A DNA stretch of 64,000 bases from the NCBI RefSeq assembly GCF_009914755.1, contig NC_060937.1; one strand, written 5' to 3'. The number at the start of each line of letters is the position of its first letter. Positions within the stretch are counted from its first letter, which is position 1. The notes beneath the pieces were generated by a model that saw only the letters and a program-made list of their open reading frames with translations, was not told the origin of the DNA and searched no databases. A program made the translations under genes and the position numbers. Positions 1 through 12,980 of this stretch are shown in pieces. This DNA is from the human T2T-CHM13v2.0 reference genome, Homo sapiens.

Positions 1-420
1 ATTTGTGGTTGCTAGGGGTAAGTTTTGAAGTTTCAAATGTGATGGGCATAGTTGTTCTATCATAGAACAAAAGAAGTTATAGTCGTGTTGGAACCCTTCG
101 GTAACTTGAATGTGGTGAGGGATACGAGAATCTGCATATCTGATAAAATTGTATAGAAATAAACACAGTTATGTTATGTTATGTTATGTTAATAAAACAT
201 ATACACACAAACACAATTGAATGAAGGTAAATTTGAGGATAAAGGAGTATAATCAGTAGGTTTGATTAAAATTACTATTTTCATTGTGAAACTATGCTAT
301 AGTTTTGTAAAATGTTGTCGTGCAGGAGCCATGAAAATTTCACATGGGCTCTGTCTCTATTATTCCTTATATGTGCCTGTGAATCTACAATTATCTCAGT
401 ATCAATTTTAATGAAATAAA
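1..420 (+). mobile_element. Old L1 (L1MC/L1MD-like) 3' UTR fragment containing a short (TGTTA)n repeat at ~168-191
   Basis: Ends in GTGAATCTACAATTATCTC...AATAAA, typical of L1MC/MD 3' ends; recognised from memory of the consensus. Confidence 0.6.
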
Positions 421-859
421 TATCCACATTTTATTGTGAAAAATTCTGCCCTACAGTATTATGAGAAAGATAAGTATTATGAGAAATAAAACAAATAATT
501 TTTTTATCATAGTAAAAATAAACACATAAGGAAAATAATATATTGTGTTTGCATATAAAAACATATGTTGTGGTCAATAAAGCAGACACTACTGCTCACA
601 CAAGGCCCAATATCGTTGGAGTGACAATTTAGAAGATTAATTCAGCACAGCAAAGCCTGATCCAATAAATTACAGAAGCTCAACCATAGAATGCACTGCC
701 TTCTTAAATACTATATTATTAAAAGTGCACAGTGAAAAACACCTTGATACTTGATGAGAAGTTAGAGTTGAGAGTTGAAAACTTGTTAAGCTTGGACTAG
801 ATAATGTCATGAGTTTATTAAACAGTCTAGTTGCTTTGATTTTATTCATCAGATTATTT

Positions 860-1500
860 GTGAGATGCTTTTTAAGTAAACACTTTTTTATTTGCTACTC
901 AGTTTCAAGAATTCTCCTGAGCACTAAAAATAAAGGGGAGAGCAAAATCAGATCAAGGTCCTGCCTCTCTGGAGTTCACAATGTACTAATTTATGCACAC
1001 ATTAATTGAATGAGCACATAAATAATAGTCACAGTAAACCAAATGACACCTCTATTAAGTGCTATATAAGAAAAGTAAATGGTGCCATTTGTAAGGTGCC
1101 ATCAAAGTGAGGCCCCAACATCGATGCTGCTCAGACGCCTGGATTCATCCCCTTTCCTAGGGATATGCACAGACCTCTCACCTTGAAGGGAATCCCAGAG
1201 CTGGAGTATGTAAAGCCAAGAGAAGTGGTTAGTGAAGATACAACTCCTGTGGACAACTCTCATGGATCTTTGCAATCTCAGAGTCCCCTGTGAGCCCACA
1301 CCACCTTGGGTTTGACATACAGAGCTGCGTGGAGACTCAGCAGAGCAGCTGCTCAGGCACACATGGAGGGGGAAATACCAAAAAACAAAACAAAAACCTA
1401 GTATAATTCTAACCTTCCTTGAGGAAGTAATATTAGAGCTGAGTTCTGGTAGCTAAGCAGATTTTAACTCTTCAGAGTGGTATGGTAGGTAATAACAGAA
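860..1500 (-). mobile_element. Degenerate L2 relic, interrupted at ~1089-1370
   Basis: L2-like motifs GTCCTGCCTCTCTGGAGTTCACAAT (~958-983) and CCTTGAGGAAGTAATATTAGAGCTGAG (~1417-1443). Confidence 0.5.
1089..1370. mobile_element. Isolated L1PB/old-L1PA 5'UTR fragment with an internal inversion
   Basis: ~1089-1217 matches the L1 5'UTR in antisense (CTGGATTCATCCCCTTTCCTAGGG...GGAGTATGTAAAGC); ~1217-1368 matches it in sense (GGATCTTTGCAA...AGAGCAGCTGCTCAGGCACAC). Confidence 0.65.
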
Positions 1501-2408
1501 GGAAGAAAACAGAATGGACAAAGGCGGCCATGGAGAAAAGCAGATTCATGAGGCTAAAATGTAGGAGGCTTACAAGGGGTGAGTTTCAGGATAGGAAATA
1601 GCTTGATTATTCAGGGTATAAACATTTTTCAACAACAATAGAATTGGTGACAACTTTGTCTTAAACATTTTGTGGAATGTGAAAGGGGGGAATAGTAATA
1701 TTTGCATGTGGGGAAGTAATTGTCTTGCCAGCAAATAATGTTGCACTGCCTACATTGTGGAGAATAGAAATGGAAAGGGTGGCTTACTGACGGATCTGAT
1801 GGATGTTATCTGCTATCATTTCTAGTAAATGACAATAGCTTGAAGTAGAAACAAGAAAAACACTTGTAAGAAATTTGAGGTGTTCTGAGACTGTATATTT
1901 TGAAGTTACTATGTGTTTAAAGGATGTATTATGAAGATAGTGCATAGAGAAAGATGAGAAGATGGGCCCCAGGTTTGCTGATTCCCATTCAATCAAATGG
2001 ATATCCATAACATTTTTTGAGCTATGTAACATTAGAGGAAAAACAATGGGGAGAATAAGCAGGATGGCAATGTATGTACTTTTGTACAATATGATACCTG
2101 AATCTGGAGCAGAGAATAGGGAGAGGAGATGATACAAAGACCATCTCCATATTATTTTGTCTAAGATCATGTAAGCAGAGATCAGTGAGTTAAGTTTTAG
2201 TTTTAAAGAATGCCATAAATTAGAGGCCATGTAAAGATGATTATATAAGGTAATGACTGGATAATTTCATTTATTTTGTTTCATTTAAGATGAAGTAGAC
2301 TATCCAAAGGATTATAACTTGAGAATTATATTTTAAATAAATATCAGTTACATAGCTTATTATCAGAGGAATTATTGTCACGTGGACAATAAGCTATGTA
2401 ATATTCTT

Positions 2409-2712
<304 letters not shown>

Positions 2713-3210
2713 TAAGCTATGTAATATTCTTAATTAGTAAGAAATAAAGGATCTCCAGTAGAAGTAAAAGTTTTGTCCTTCAGTGAAAGAACTCCTGTTT
2801 TATAAGAGCGGGGAAAAAGTGAAGGTTGGCTGCAGATGCAAGTTAAGTTGATATCACTGGTACAAAAGTTTTCAAGACTGACCATCTGATGGATTATACT
2901 TCCCCTTGAAGCCAGTGATAAGGTTATCTTCTAAGACAGAGGGGATAGTAGTGCTGAAAGAGAAGTGAAAGGTTGGATAAAGTAAAGAAAGTTTGAAATT
3001 GTTACTTGGAAGTATGAGAGTTCACTAGAGAATTCTAACATGATTTTTAGAACAAGTTGAAAATCCCACTTGAATCTGATGCCTCTCTGTATTGTGACAA
3101 AAATTAACCTTGTTTTGTGAATTTCTACAGCATTGTTAGACTGTTCACTGAGAGGCCTAGAAGAATCATATTGTTGAGGTCTTCCAAGATTAACATTCTA
3201 ACAGACAGCT

Positions 3211-3580
3211 TGTGGCAAATACTGCAGGTTGTTCAGTAAAATCTGTATTCTTTCCTGGAATACAAAACTGGGCTACTTATTTCATTCTCCCTTGTATCTC
3301 AACAAGACCAGTAGTTGATTTCCAGCCAAAAACTGTGAGTGAAATTTATCTTAGGTAAGTTCAGTTCTGACGCATGAAATATTCCCATCCATTCCTCTGT
3401 GGTCTTCTTTCATCTGACTGGGATAAATATGTCAGGACAATCTTGGAGGTCACATGTTGCAGAAGGCAGAGAGACCATCAAACAAGTTCCCTGAATAACC
3501 ACGTGACAGAGAAATTCCCAGCAAAACTTGTATCTATTCAAGATATTTTTGCCAACAGAAAATAAATTTACTTGTGATAG
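3211..3580 (+). mobile_element. Old MaLR LTR (MLT1I/J-like)
   Basis: Starts TGTGGCA; MLT1-like TTCTCCCTTG...TTCCAGCCAA and GAAAATAAATTTACTTGTG segments; highly diverged. Confidence 0.5.
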
Positions 3581-3584
3581 ATAA

Positions 3585-3794
3585 ATGGTAGGCACTCTTT
3601 TACTCTAAAAGGCAAGATAGTAAATAATTTAAGCTTTGTGGGCTATAAGGTCTCTGTCACAAGTACTTATCTGTGCAATTGTAATGAAAAAGCTGCCAGA
3701 GACAACACAAACAAACATGACTGTGTTCAATAAACACTTATTTACTAAAACAGACCATGAACCAGATATATACACCATAGTTTGCTGACATCTA
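3585..3794 (+). mobile_element. MER58A (hAT-Charlie MITE)
   Basis: Colinear with the MER58A consensus: AGATAGTAAATAATTTAAGCTTTGTGGGC...GGTCTCTGTCACAAGTACT...TAGTTTGCTGAC. Orientation is nominal. Confidence 0.8.
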
Positions 3795-3857
3795 GTACTA
3801 CATTGAAATTTTGGAGTATGTTTATTACTCAAACTAACCTGTCCAAACTAATATATA

Positions 3858-3965
3858 TTATTATTATTTTATTTTATTATACTTTAAGTTTTAGGGTACA
3901 TGTGCACAATGTGCAGGTTTGTTACATATGTATACATGTGCCATGTTGGTGTGCTGCACCCATTA
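3858..3965 (-). mobile_element. Very short (~110 bp) 3' end of a young L1PA (L1PA3-5-like)
   Basis: TTATTATACTTTAAGTTTTAGGGTACATGTGCAC...GTTGGTGTGCTGCACCCATTA; no TSD found. Confidence 0.9.
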
Positions 3966-4610
3966 GAAGTATTCTAGAAGTACATCAACACAGGGAAGTT
4001 TAATGTATTTCAAAACATACTTTTGCAATAACAGTATAGGAATGAATCTAAACAAGGAAGGAAATGAAGAAAGTGAGATAATGATGTACTAAGTATAATC
4101 AGTGGAGTCAAAAATAGGATTTTACAATACAATTGAAGAATGGTAATGGTGGGATTGATTTACGGTTGAGGTAGAAGTAGTTTTAAATTAGTCACATGGG
4201 AGTTGATGGAAAGTTCTTTAGTGCATTGTTGGGACTAAGTGACAGGAAACCTAGTGCAAAGAAGTTGCGTATATTTATGGTAATGTGTCTGGAATTGGTC
4301 GGTTCTTGGTCTCACTGACTTCAAGAAAGAAGCCGCGGACCCTCCCGTGGAGTGTTACAGTTCTTAAAGATGGTATGTCCGGAGTTTGTTCCTTCTGAAG
4401 TTCGGATGTGTCTGGAGTTTCTTTCTTCTGGTGGGTTCGCTGGCTTCAGTAGTGAAGCTGCAGACCTTCATGGTGAGTGTTACAGCTCTTATAGGCAGCA
4501 GGGACCCAAAGAGTGAGCAACAAACAGCAAGATTTACTGCAAAGAGTGAAGGAACAAAGCTTCCACAGTGTGGAAGGGGACAGGAGCAGGTTGCCACTGC
4601 TGCCTCCAGC

Positions 4611-4753
4611 AGCCTGCTTTTATTCTCTTATCTGAACCCTCCCACATCCTGCTGATTGATTGGTCCATTTTACAGAGAGCTGATTGGCCCATTTTGACAG
4701 GGTGCTGATTGGTGCATTTACAATCCCTGAGCTAGACACAGAGTACTGATTGG
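4611..4753 (-). promoter_or_regulatory. LTR12 core promoter: AATAAAA TATA-like box and four CCAAT (NF-Y) boxes, pointing leftward
   Basis: TTTTATT at 4618-4624; GATTGG at 4658, 4682, 4707 and 4748 (last two 41 bp apart). ERV9 LTR promoters are known to be NF-Y dependent; activity of this copy is not shown. Confidence 0.65.
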
Positions 4754-4839
4754 TGCATTTACAATCCTCTAGCTAGACATAAAAGTTCTCCAAGTCCCCA
4801 TCAGACTCAGGAGCCCAGCTGGCTTTGCCTACTAGAATC

Positions 4840-5530
4840 CGCAGGCCCACACTCCTCAGCCATTGGGCAGTCGATGGGACCGGGTGCTGCGGAGGAGGGG
4901 GCGGTGCGTGTGTTGGGGAGGCTCCGGCCGCACTGGAGCCCATGGTCGGGGGTCGCGGTGGGTGCGGGAATGGGGGAGGTGGCACGGGGGGGTGCGCGGG
5001 GGGGAGGGGGGAGGTGGCGGGGGGTGCGCGGGGGGCGGGGGGCGTGGGGGAGGGGGACGGGGGGCGTGGGGGAGGGGCGCGGGGAGAGGCGCGGGGATGG
5101 GCGGAGGGGGCGGGGCGACGCAGGGGCACGGACGCGGGCGCGGGCGCGGGAGGTTTGGGCATGGCGGGCTGCAGGTCTTGAACCCTGCCGCGTGGGGAGG
5201 CGGCTGAGGCCCGGTGAGAATTCAAGCCTGGCGCGGGAGGTCTGGTAGCGGTCGGGGACCCAGCGCATCCTCCGCTGCTGCTGGCCTGGGTGCCAAGCCC
5301 CTCATTTCGGGCCAGCCGCTCGGAGTGCAGGCCCGCTGAGGCTGCGCCCACCTGGAACTCGCGCTGGCCCGCGAGCCGTGTCGCCCCTCCCGGCCCAGCC
5401 CCGGTTCCCGCCTACGCCTCTATCTCCACACCTCCCTACAAGCGGAGGGAGCCGGCTCTGGCCTCGACCAGCCCAGAGAGGGGCTGGGACAGTGCAGTGG
5501 CGGGCTGAAGGGCTCCGAGGCCGAGGAGGT
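4840..5530. other. CpG island inside LTR12 U3, including a G-run-rich tract at 4948-5150
   Basis: Very high GC and many intact CpGs against an AT-rich, CpG-poor background; many runs of 4-8 G on the + strand. Confidence 0.85.
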
Positions 5531-7169
5531 GCTGAGAGTGAGTGAGGGCTGCTAGCACGTTGTCACCTCTCAGTAACTGGAACACATTATTACTCCAGGT
5601 TGTCAATGTGAAAAGCCAAAGGTAAGTCCAGATTCAACATTTAAGTAATGATAGATGAAGAGTTGAATATCAACACTCTACCACTGTCTCATATGTAATG
5701 TTAGCTGTCTGTATATAGATAACATAGCTACACATATGTATAGGTATTCTTATAGATGTATCAACACAGACACAGATCGATATCTAAATTACATAAATAT
5801 GCACATATCTATTTTGTATTTATATGTTTACACAAAAATATGTATACATAGAATGACAGAGAGATAGATGAAAATAGATAGATATAAGTATAGATGCTTA
5901 GACAATCTTTTCTACGAAGATGCTAGCCAGATCTTTCATTTCAGATTTACATAAGGCCAGAGAGAGTTTTTCAACTCAAGTTTAAGTGTAAAAACATACT
6001 TATTATCCATTAGCATATTATAAAATAAAATAGAGCTTAACCATAATTAAATGTCCTGTGAAAAGAAAACGTCATTTTTCTTTGTTCTACATTGATTTCT
6101 CTGAAGTAGCCTAAAGTGCTGTAAGAAACACAGAAGATAATCTATTTTACTATCACTTGATGAAAATATAAAAGCAGCCTTGAAAGAAAGCACAACTGAA
6201 AAATTGTGTATTAGATCATTATCATGTTAGAACATAATTTAAATATATGACACCTTGCTTATATTTAGGTTTTCTGGCATATGGCAGGATAAGAACACAT
6301 AGTGTAACAACATATTTTCTGATACTGTGCACTATATTGATTTATTGTTTAAAATAAATAATTTATATTACCATGAAGAAGATAAACTCCTTCCTTATTC
6401 CCCAGAAAATAATTATTCAATTAATAAGTTGTTCATTTGTTACGTATAAAGTCCTTATAGCCAAGTTCATTAACTGATGTTACATTTGCTGAAGGACAAA
6501 AATGTTGATTAGCCAAATTTTCTAAAATATATTACCCAAACGAGTGGAATACTCACAAATTTACTTTGTTAATTACTAATCAGCTTATTTGAGAACAAAC
6601 TATTTTCTGATATTTGTGAAGCAATAAACGTGTTTAGCAGTTAGAGTATAAACTTAAGGTCTGGATGAAATATGACTTAAGGTGAAATAATAGCTTCTAT
6701 AGTGGTGGGATGCTCACGGGTGTACTGTAATGGCTTTCAGCAAATACTGGCCAATGATAATATGTCAAATACCAAATTAGGTTTTATTTTTATATTTTAT
6801 ATTAAAATGATTTTTATTACAAGATAATGAAGACTTCTCAATATTTTTCTTTAGAGAACTCAAGTTACTGCCACCTAATACATCCTTATTCAAATGTCAT
6901 TTACACACCATTTATATGTAACTCAAATCAGTTTATGTTAAATACGTTTTTGGCTTTTTACAGAAACGATTAAGGCAAAATTAGGATTGAAGTCACTAAT
7001 ACCTATTCTAGCGTCAGCAACTAATCCCTTTTAATCTCTGTGAAGAAATTATTTTGTTTTTCCTCAACTGAGATTTGGGAATCCTCACCTTTTGAGAGGA
7101 TCTAGATTTTATAGTAACTGGAAGACACTGAATGGGGGAGAAAATTGAAGATTAATTAGCTATTATTAT

Positions 7170-7927
7170 TGAAAGGAAGAAAAGGAAGGAAGGAAGAAAT
7201 GAAGGAAGGAGGGAGAGAGGAGGAAGGAAGGAAGGAAAGAAAGAAAAAGAAGGAAGGGGAAAAAGGGAGGGAGGAAGGAAGGAAAGAAAAAAAGGAAGGG
7301 GAAAAAGGGAGGGAGGAAGGAAGGAAAGACGGAAGGAATGAGACGGAAGGAATGAGGGAAAAAGGGAGGGAGGAGGAAGGAAGGAAAAAAGGAAGGAAGG
7401 AAAAGGAGGAAGGAAGGAAAGAAGGAAGGAATGAAGGAAAAGGAAGGAATGAGGGAAAAAGGGAGGGATGGAGGAAGGAAGGGGAGGGAGGAAGGAAGGA
7501 AGGGGAAAAAGGGAGGGAGGGAGGAAGGAAGGGGAGGAAGGAAGGGGAAAAAGGGAGGGAGGGAGGAAGGAAGGGGAGGAAGGAAGGGGAAAAAGGGAGG
7601 GAGGGAGGAAGGAAGGAAAGAAGGAAGGAATGAGGGAAAAGGAGGGAGGAAAGAAGGAATGAAGGAAGGAAGGGAAAAAAGGGAAGGAGGGAGGCAGGGA
7701 GGGAGGGAAGAAGGAAGGAAGGAAAGAAGGAAGGAAGGGGAAAAAGGAAGGAAAGAAGGAAGGAAGGAAGGAGGGAAGAAGGAGGGAGGAAGGAAGGAAT
7801 GAATGAGGGAAGGAAGGGAAAAAAGGGAAGGAGGGAGGAAGGAAGGAATGAGGGCAGGAAGGAAGGAAAGAAGGAAGGAATGAGGGAAAAAGGAAGGAAG
7901 GAAAGAAGGAAGGAAGCGAGAGAGAGA
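7170..7927 (+). repeat. Polypurine (GGAA/GGGA)-rich low-complexity tract, ~750 bp
   Basis: Almost only G and A on the + strand; internal 42-bp unit starting at 7501, 7543 and 7585 (third partial). Confidence 0.97.
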
Positions 7928-8372
7928 ACAAATAGAGTAGTGCAAGTACCACCACCTAGAAACAAATTTTTGTTTGCCACTTCATACAGCTAGCATTCAG
8001 GGTGCACTCACCATATTTTCTGTCCCACCTGCACATTGCTATGTGGCTTTATTTCTCATGTAAATACTACTCCTTATTCTGTCCAGACTTGCACCTCTTA
8101 TTAAGCATTTGGTGGGGATAGGGCACTATAGACCTCCTTGTATTTAGTCTAAAAATAGATTGATGCTTTAATGTTTTGGAGTACTTTTAATGTCTCACTT
8201 TATAACTCTAGTATCTCACCTTTGAGTTTTCCATCTCAGGAACTGTTCATTACATAGAATGGGGTAGGTTTAAATTCCATCTCCTTTTATTTCATTGACT
8301 TTTTTTCTCTACTTTTGTGTCCATTAAACATGGCATTTAAAAAAGAGGAAGTCAGACATTGGTTTAATACTA

Positions 8373-8743
<371 letters not shown>

Positions 8744-9130
8744 TGAGAGTAAAGGTTTGCACATTGAAATCTGTTTCCAATAATTTTATTCACTTTCAGT
8801 AACTGGGAAGGGAAAAGGGAGAGTTGTCTTACTCTGGTCTTGATTTACATAATCTGGGTGTCAAATGAAAATTGCCCAAGGATTCTGCCCTGAATGAGAA
8901 ATAGGAACCTAAACATCTACTTATCGACCACCCTGAGTACTTACAGCTTATCATCTGTCTGAGAGGTGAACGTGTTCCTACCGAAAGTACTTGTTTTTAC
9001 TTAGGACATTTTGCTCAACTTTCAATGAAACCACAGTCTTAGTTGTGGGGAATTTTATCTTGCAATTTCAGCAGCACCCAAAGATGGTTTATCTACACTC
9101 ATTCACATATTTAGATTCTTAAATAAATCC

Positions 9131-9416
<286 letters not shown>

Positions 9417-9519
9417 TTAGCAGCTGATTTTCAGATTTACACAGAGCTAAGATAAACTCTTACTTACAATGAAAAAGATACAAAAATCGTTACAATGACC
9501 AAGAGAGAAAGAGGCAGAA

Positions 9520-9660
9520 CAATCTCTCTGCCGGTGTTCCCCATCTGCTAAAAATAGGAATATTTGCTCAATTGAATTTTGTGCCTCGTAAATGAGATAA
9601 CATATTTTTATAAGTGTATATCACACTGCTTGAACATTAGCAGACCTTAATACTTGATTA
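9520..9660 (+). mobile_element. MIR fragment
   Basis: TTCCCCATCTGCTAAAAATAGG...TAAATGAGATAACAT core similarity. Confidence 0.55.
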
Positions 9661-12600
9661 AAGAAGAGATAAAACAATGCATGGGAATTTAGACTGCCTT
9701 TAGGCTGTCATCACCACTCTACCGATGGACTGGTACAGTGCAAATTTTTTTAGCTTGTATAATTTATTAAGTTGCCTTAATACATAGCACATTATCCTAC
9801 TGGCATAAAATTTTTTTTAGCAGCTTCTAAAAGTCCCTGTTCGTCATTAAAGAGTTTATGCTCTAGGTGACTATGGCTTAATATGTACATTAATACAGTT
9901 ACTTAGAATGAAATCATGGATTATACCAGCACAATGGCTACACTGACAGATACATTCTGTTTATATTCTACCTACTCTACCTCATCTGTTTACGTGGCAT
10001 GATGCCCATTCATAAGTTAATCAAACCTTTTCTGAGAGAGGCTGCCAAAAAGACATTGTTTTGGAAGGGCAACCAGCAAATGTTGGAAAAGCAAAGGCAA
10101 ATAAAAAAGCTAATTTAAATTAATATGTTGAATAGTAACAAAACGCCTGAACACTATATGAGAATTTTTGACAAAGAGAAATTTTGACAAGAAAACTGTT
10201 GTGTAGATTACATAATTTATTTAAGAATATTTATTTTAAAATTGAGATAATTAGTATATTATTACAAATCAATCTTTGAATAAATCTTGTATCAAGTAGG
10301 AAACTAAAAAATAATGTCATCCAAATGAAACATTTAAATACTTCTAATCAATTTTCTCTCCCCTGTGATATAAAAAGGCTTAATCAAGAAGAAAAAAGAA
10401 AAAGAAAAAATTGGCAAGATATTCCTTTTTTTTTCATTTCGGCGGAGAAAATTTTCTATGTCTTTGTGAGAGCTTGTCTCTTCCCATAGGAAAACATATG
10501 ACTAAGTTGTGTTTTTCTTATCTAAAAAAGGGATTACATCCTAAAATTTTATATTCTAAAGGGAGAAATGATTTTCATTTTTTCTCCTCTGTTACATTTT
10601 TTCACCATAGTACTGTAACAGTCCTTTCCCTAATTCTAATGTCTGATATCTAAATCTAGTATTTTTCTGAGAGTATCATTTACCAATTCTACTCTGTACT
10701 GAATGAATGAGAGTCTGACTCTTGAGCTAAAAGATGTCTAATGGCTACTAATGCTGAAGAAATTTTATTTTATTTTAAATACAGTAATAATTTTATTTTA
10801 AATAAAAAGCAATACAAATTTCTTAAAAATCTTACCAACATATTAATCAAGGCACCTCATGTGATACACACTTCAACTTTACACATACAGAAATATTTTC
10901 ATATAATAATTTCTTAGCTTATGAACTATATCCATAGTATTTTATTCTATATTAATTTAAAGTTGTGAATATCATGTTTAACACCTCAGGTTTTGCTAAT
11001 AACTAGTTTTGTCTGGAAATGATGGATTTTGGAAAAGCTTCAGGAAAGCAATAACGTTAGCACTAGACCTTGAAAAACAAGTAGGCGTTAAGCCAACTTG
11101 TGTTGTATAGCATTGGTGTCTTAAATAGGAAGCACTTGGCACATTCCATTGTTAGCAGAATAAATGATCTGTATGGTAGTGGTCAGAAATTTAGAATAAG
11201 AAAAATGCATCATGCTACAACATAAATTAAGGGAAAATTACCTGAAGCCCTAATATTCCATGCTTTAATTTTAGACATTTCTTGGAAATATTTATTCTCA
11301 ATTTAAATACTCACATTATTTTAACGTTCAAAATTAAGGAAGTCTAGTCTTCTCTTTAATTCCCATGCATAAATATCATCAATGCTAATAACACTAATAT
11401 TTACTTGATGTTATCTATCTTACATTCGTGATAATGGAAGGGCCATTAAAATTTCCAGCAAAGATACCAAAATATCTTTATAATTTCTATGTAAGTCACT
11501 TTCTAGTTATATCATCAAATATCAGGATGCTAAGGCCATAAATGCCTTTTTACAAACTTAAAAATAATTTAAAAATATAATAGTTGTATTCGTATGTGGC
11601 AAAATTCTAGTGATAGTAAATCACTAAAGTGATGTCTTTCATTAAGTGAGAAAAGAAATCAGAAGTGCACTTGTTAAAAGTGTCATTGTTCTGATCTCTG
11701 TTCATCAGATCTTATTATGACTAAGAAGATATCCAGTATTTGTCAAAAAAGTCTGATAGAAGAGAATAACTATTGGGTGCAAAGATTAAATAAAGGTGAA
11801 TTTGAGCTTATTTATTTTAAGAGAAAAATCAAATAAGTACTAAAATGGCAACTAAAAATATTTCTGTTGACTCAGTTATTTTTAACCACTTAGTGAAAAG
11901 TCCAGTTGTTCTGTTCGATTGTTCAGGATAAGCCTGAATATTAATATCCAAAGGTTAAGAATATTCATCATACATCCAACTCTTCTGTAAATCCACCTTA
12001 AAAAAGAAATAAAAGTGCCACTTAAACAAACTTAAACAATTTAAATAAACATCCAATTTATACTATATTAAATTATAGGACTGGCCTGTTAGCTTTAAAA
12101 TAAGTTAATAATACATGCAAATATAAAAAGAGTAATGCTGCTGTAATCAACTTATTCATGAGTTAACATATTTGCATAAAACATTTTCTTGTTTATCAGA
12201 ACAAGAACATTGACTTGTTTTTCAGAAAGCCTGTCTTCAATTTACTGTTTTCATCAGTATCATTAAATAAATACTTATATTGCCATCAGTTATGTAAACA
12301 CTGGATTTAACACATTTCTTGAGATATATATGAACGTATACATGTACATGAGTGCAGTGTCAAGAGTAAGTAGTTATTGCAGTGAACAAAGTCTCTCATT
12401 TCTTCATGCCCAGCATATTAATGTTGATATATGGAATGTGAATTTTACAAGTGTGGAATGTAATTTTATTTTATCTCCAAGATAAATAACTGAATTATGC
12501 AGCATAAATTAATATATATTAATTAGAAATATAATCTTTGAAATTTTAAATTTAAAAATTTTGGCATCCAAGTTAATGAATAAATAATATGTTACATAGA

Positions 12601-12829
12601 TAATATTATATTCATATATTTTTACATTATAGATTAACAGAGCTCAACAGCTATTAAAACAGATTTTGTTTACATTGTCTAGATTTATGCTAGTGATGAA
12701 TTAAGGTCTAGTGAAAACGCATCAATGCTTTCCTATCAGGAGGTACTAAGTCATATTGTATTTTCAGAGAGCAAGCTCAGATTTCACAGGTATGAATATT
12801 GGCCTTAAAAATATTGAGATTTTGGAGAC

Positions 12830-12980
12830 AGACACAGCCAGATGGCTGAGTTGAACCTTTTAGCAATCATTCCCCTTTAAGAACACCAAATTGAACAACT
12901 ATCTACAAAATACATCACCTTCATATGAAGGTTAGCAATCATAGTACCTACTTGTAACATCATAAGAAGGAAAGAGTCAT
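12830..12980 (+). mobile_element. Orphan first ~150 bp of an L1MA-type 5'UTR
   Basis: CCAGATGGC...CACCAAATTGAACAACTATCTACA...CACCTTCATA; homologous to 14533-14699 and 49340-49500. Confidence 0.75.

Larger units (their letters stand above)
4284..5572 (-). mobile_element. Solo LTR12 (LTR12C-like, HERV9/ERV9 LTR)
   Basis: Termini TGTGTCTGGAATTGG and GTTGTCACCTCTCA; 4-bp TSD GTAA at 4280-4283 and 5573-5576; characteristic GCTGATTGGTGCATTTACAATCC repeats. Confidence 0.95.

Noticed and set aside
1784-2230. 148-aa minus-strand ORF
   Set aside because: No recognisable domain; lies in sequence that looks like degenerate L2; consistent with chance.
4773-5508. Pro-, Gly- and Arg-rich ORFs of 72-192 aa on both strands
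   Set aside because: They are by-products of the GC-rich LTR12 and its G-run tract, open in several frames at once, with no domain signature.
7501-7620. 42-bp repeated unit considered as a CRISPR-like array
   Set aside because: Head-to-tail copies without unique spacers, in eukaryotic low-complexity DNA with no cas genes.
7152-7993. ORFs up to 274 aa (F/L/P/S-rich or G/R/K/E-rich)
   Set aside because: A purine-only tract lacks stop codons; these are translations of a simple repeat.
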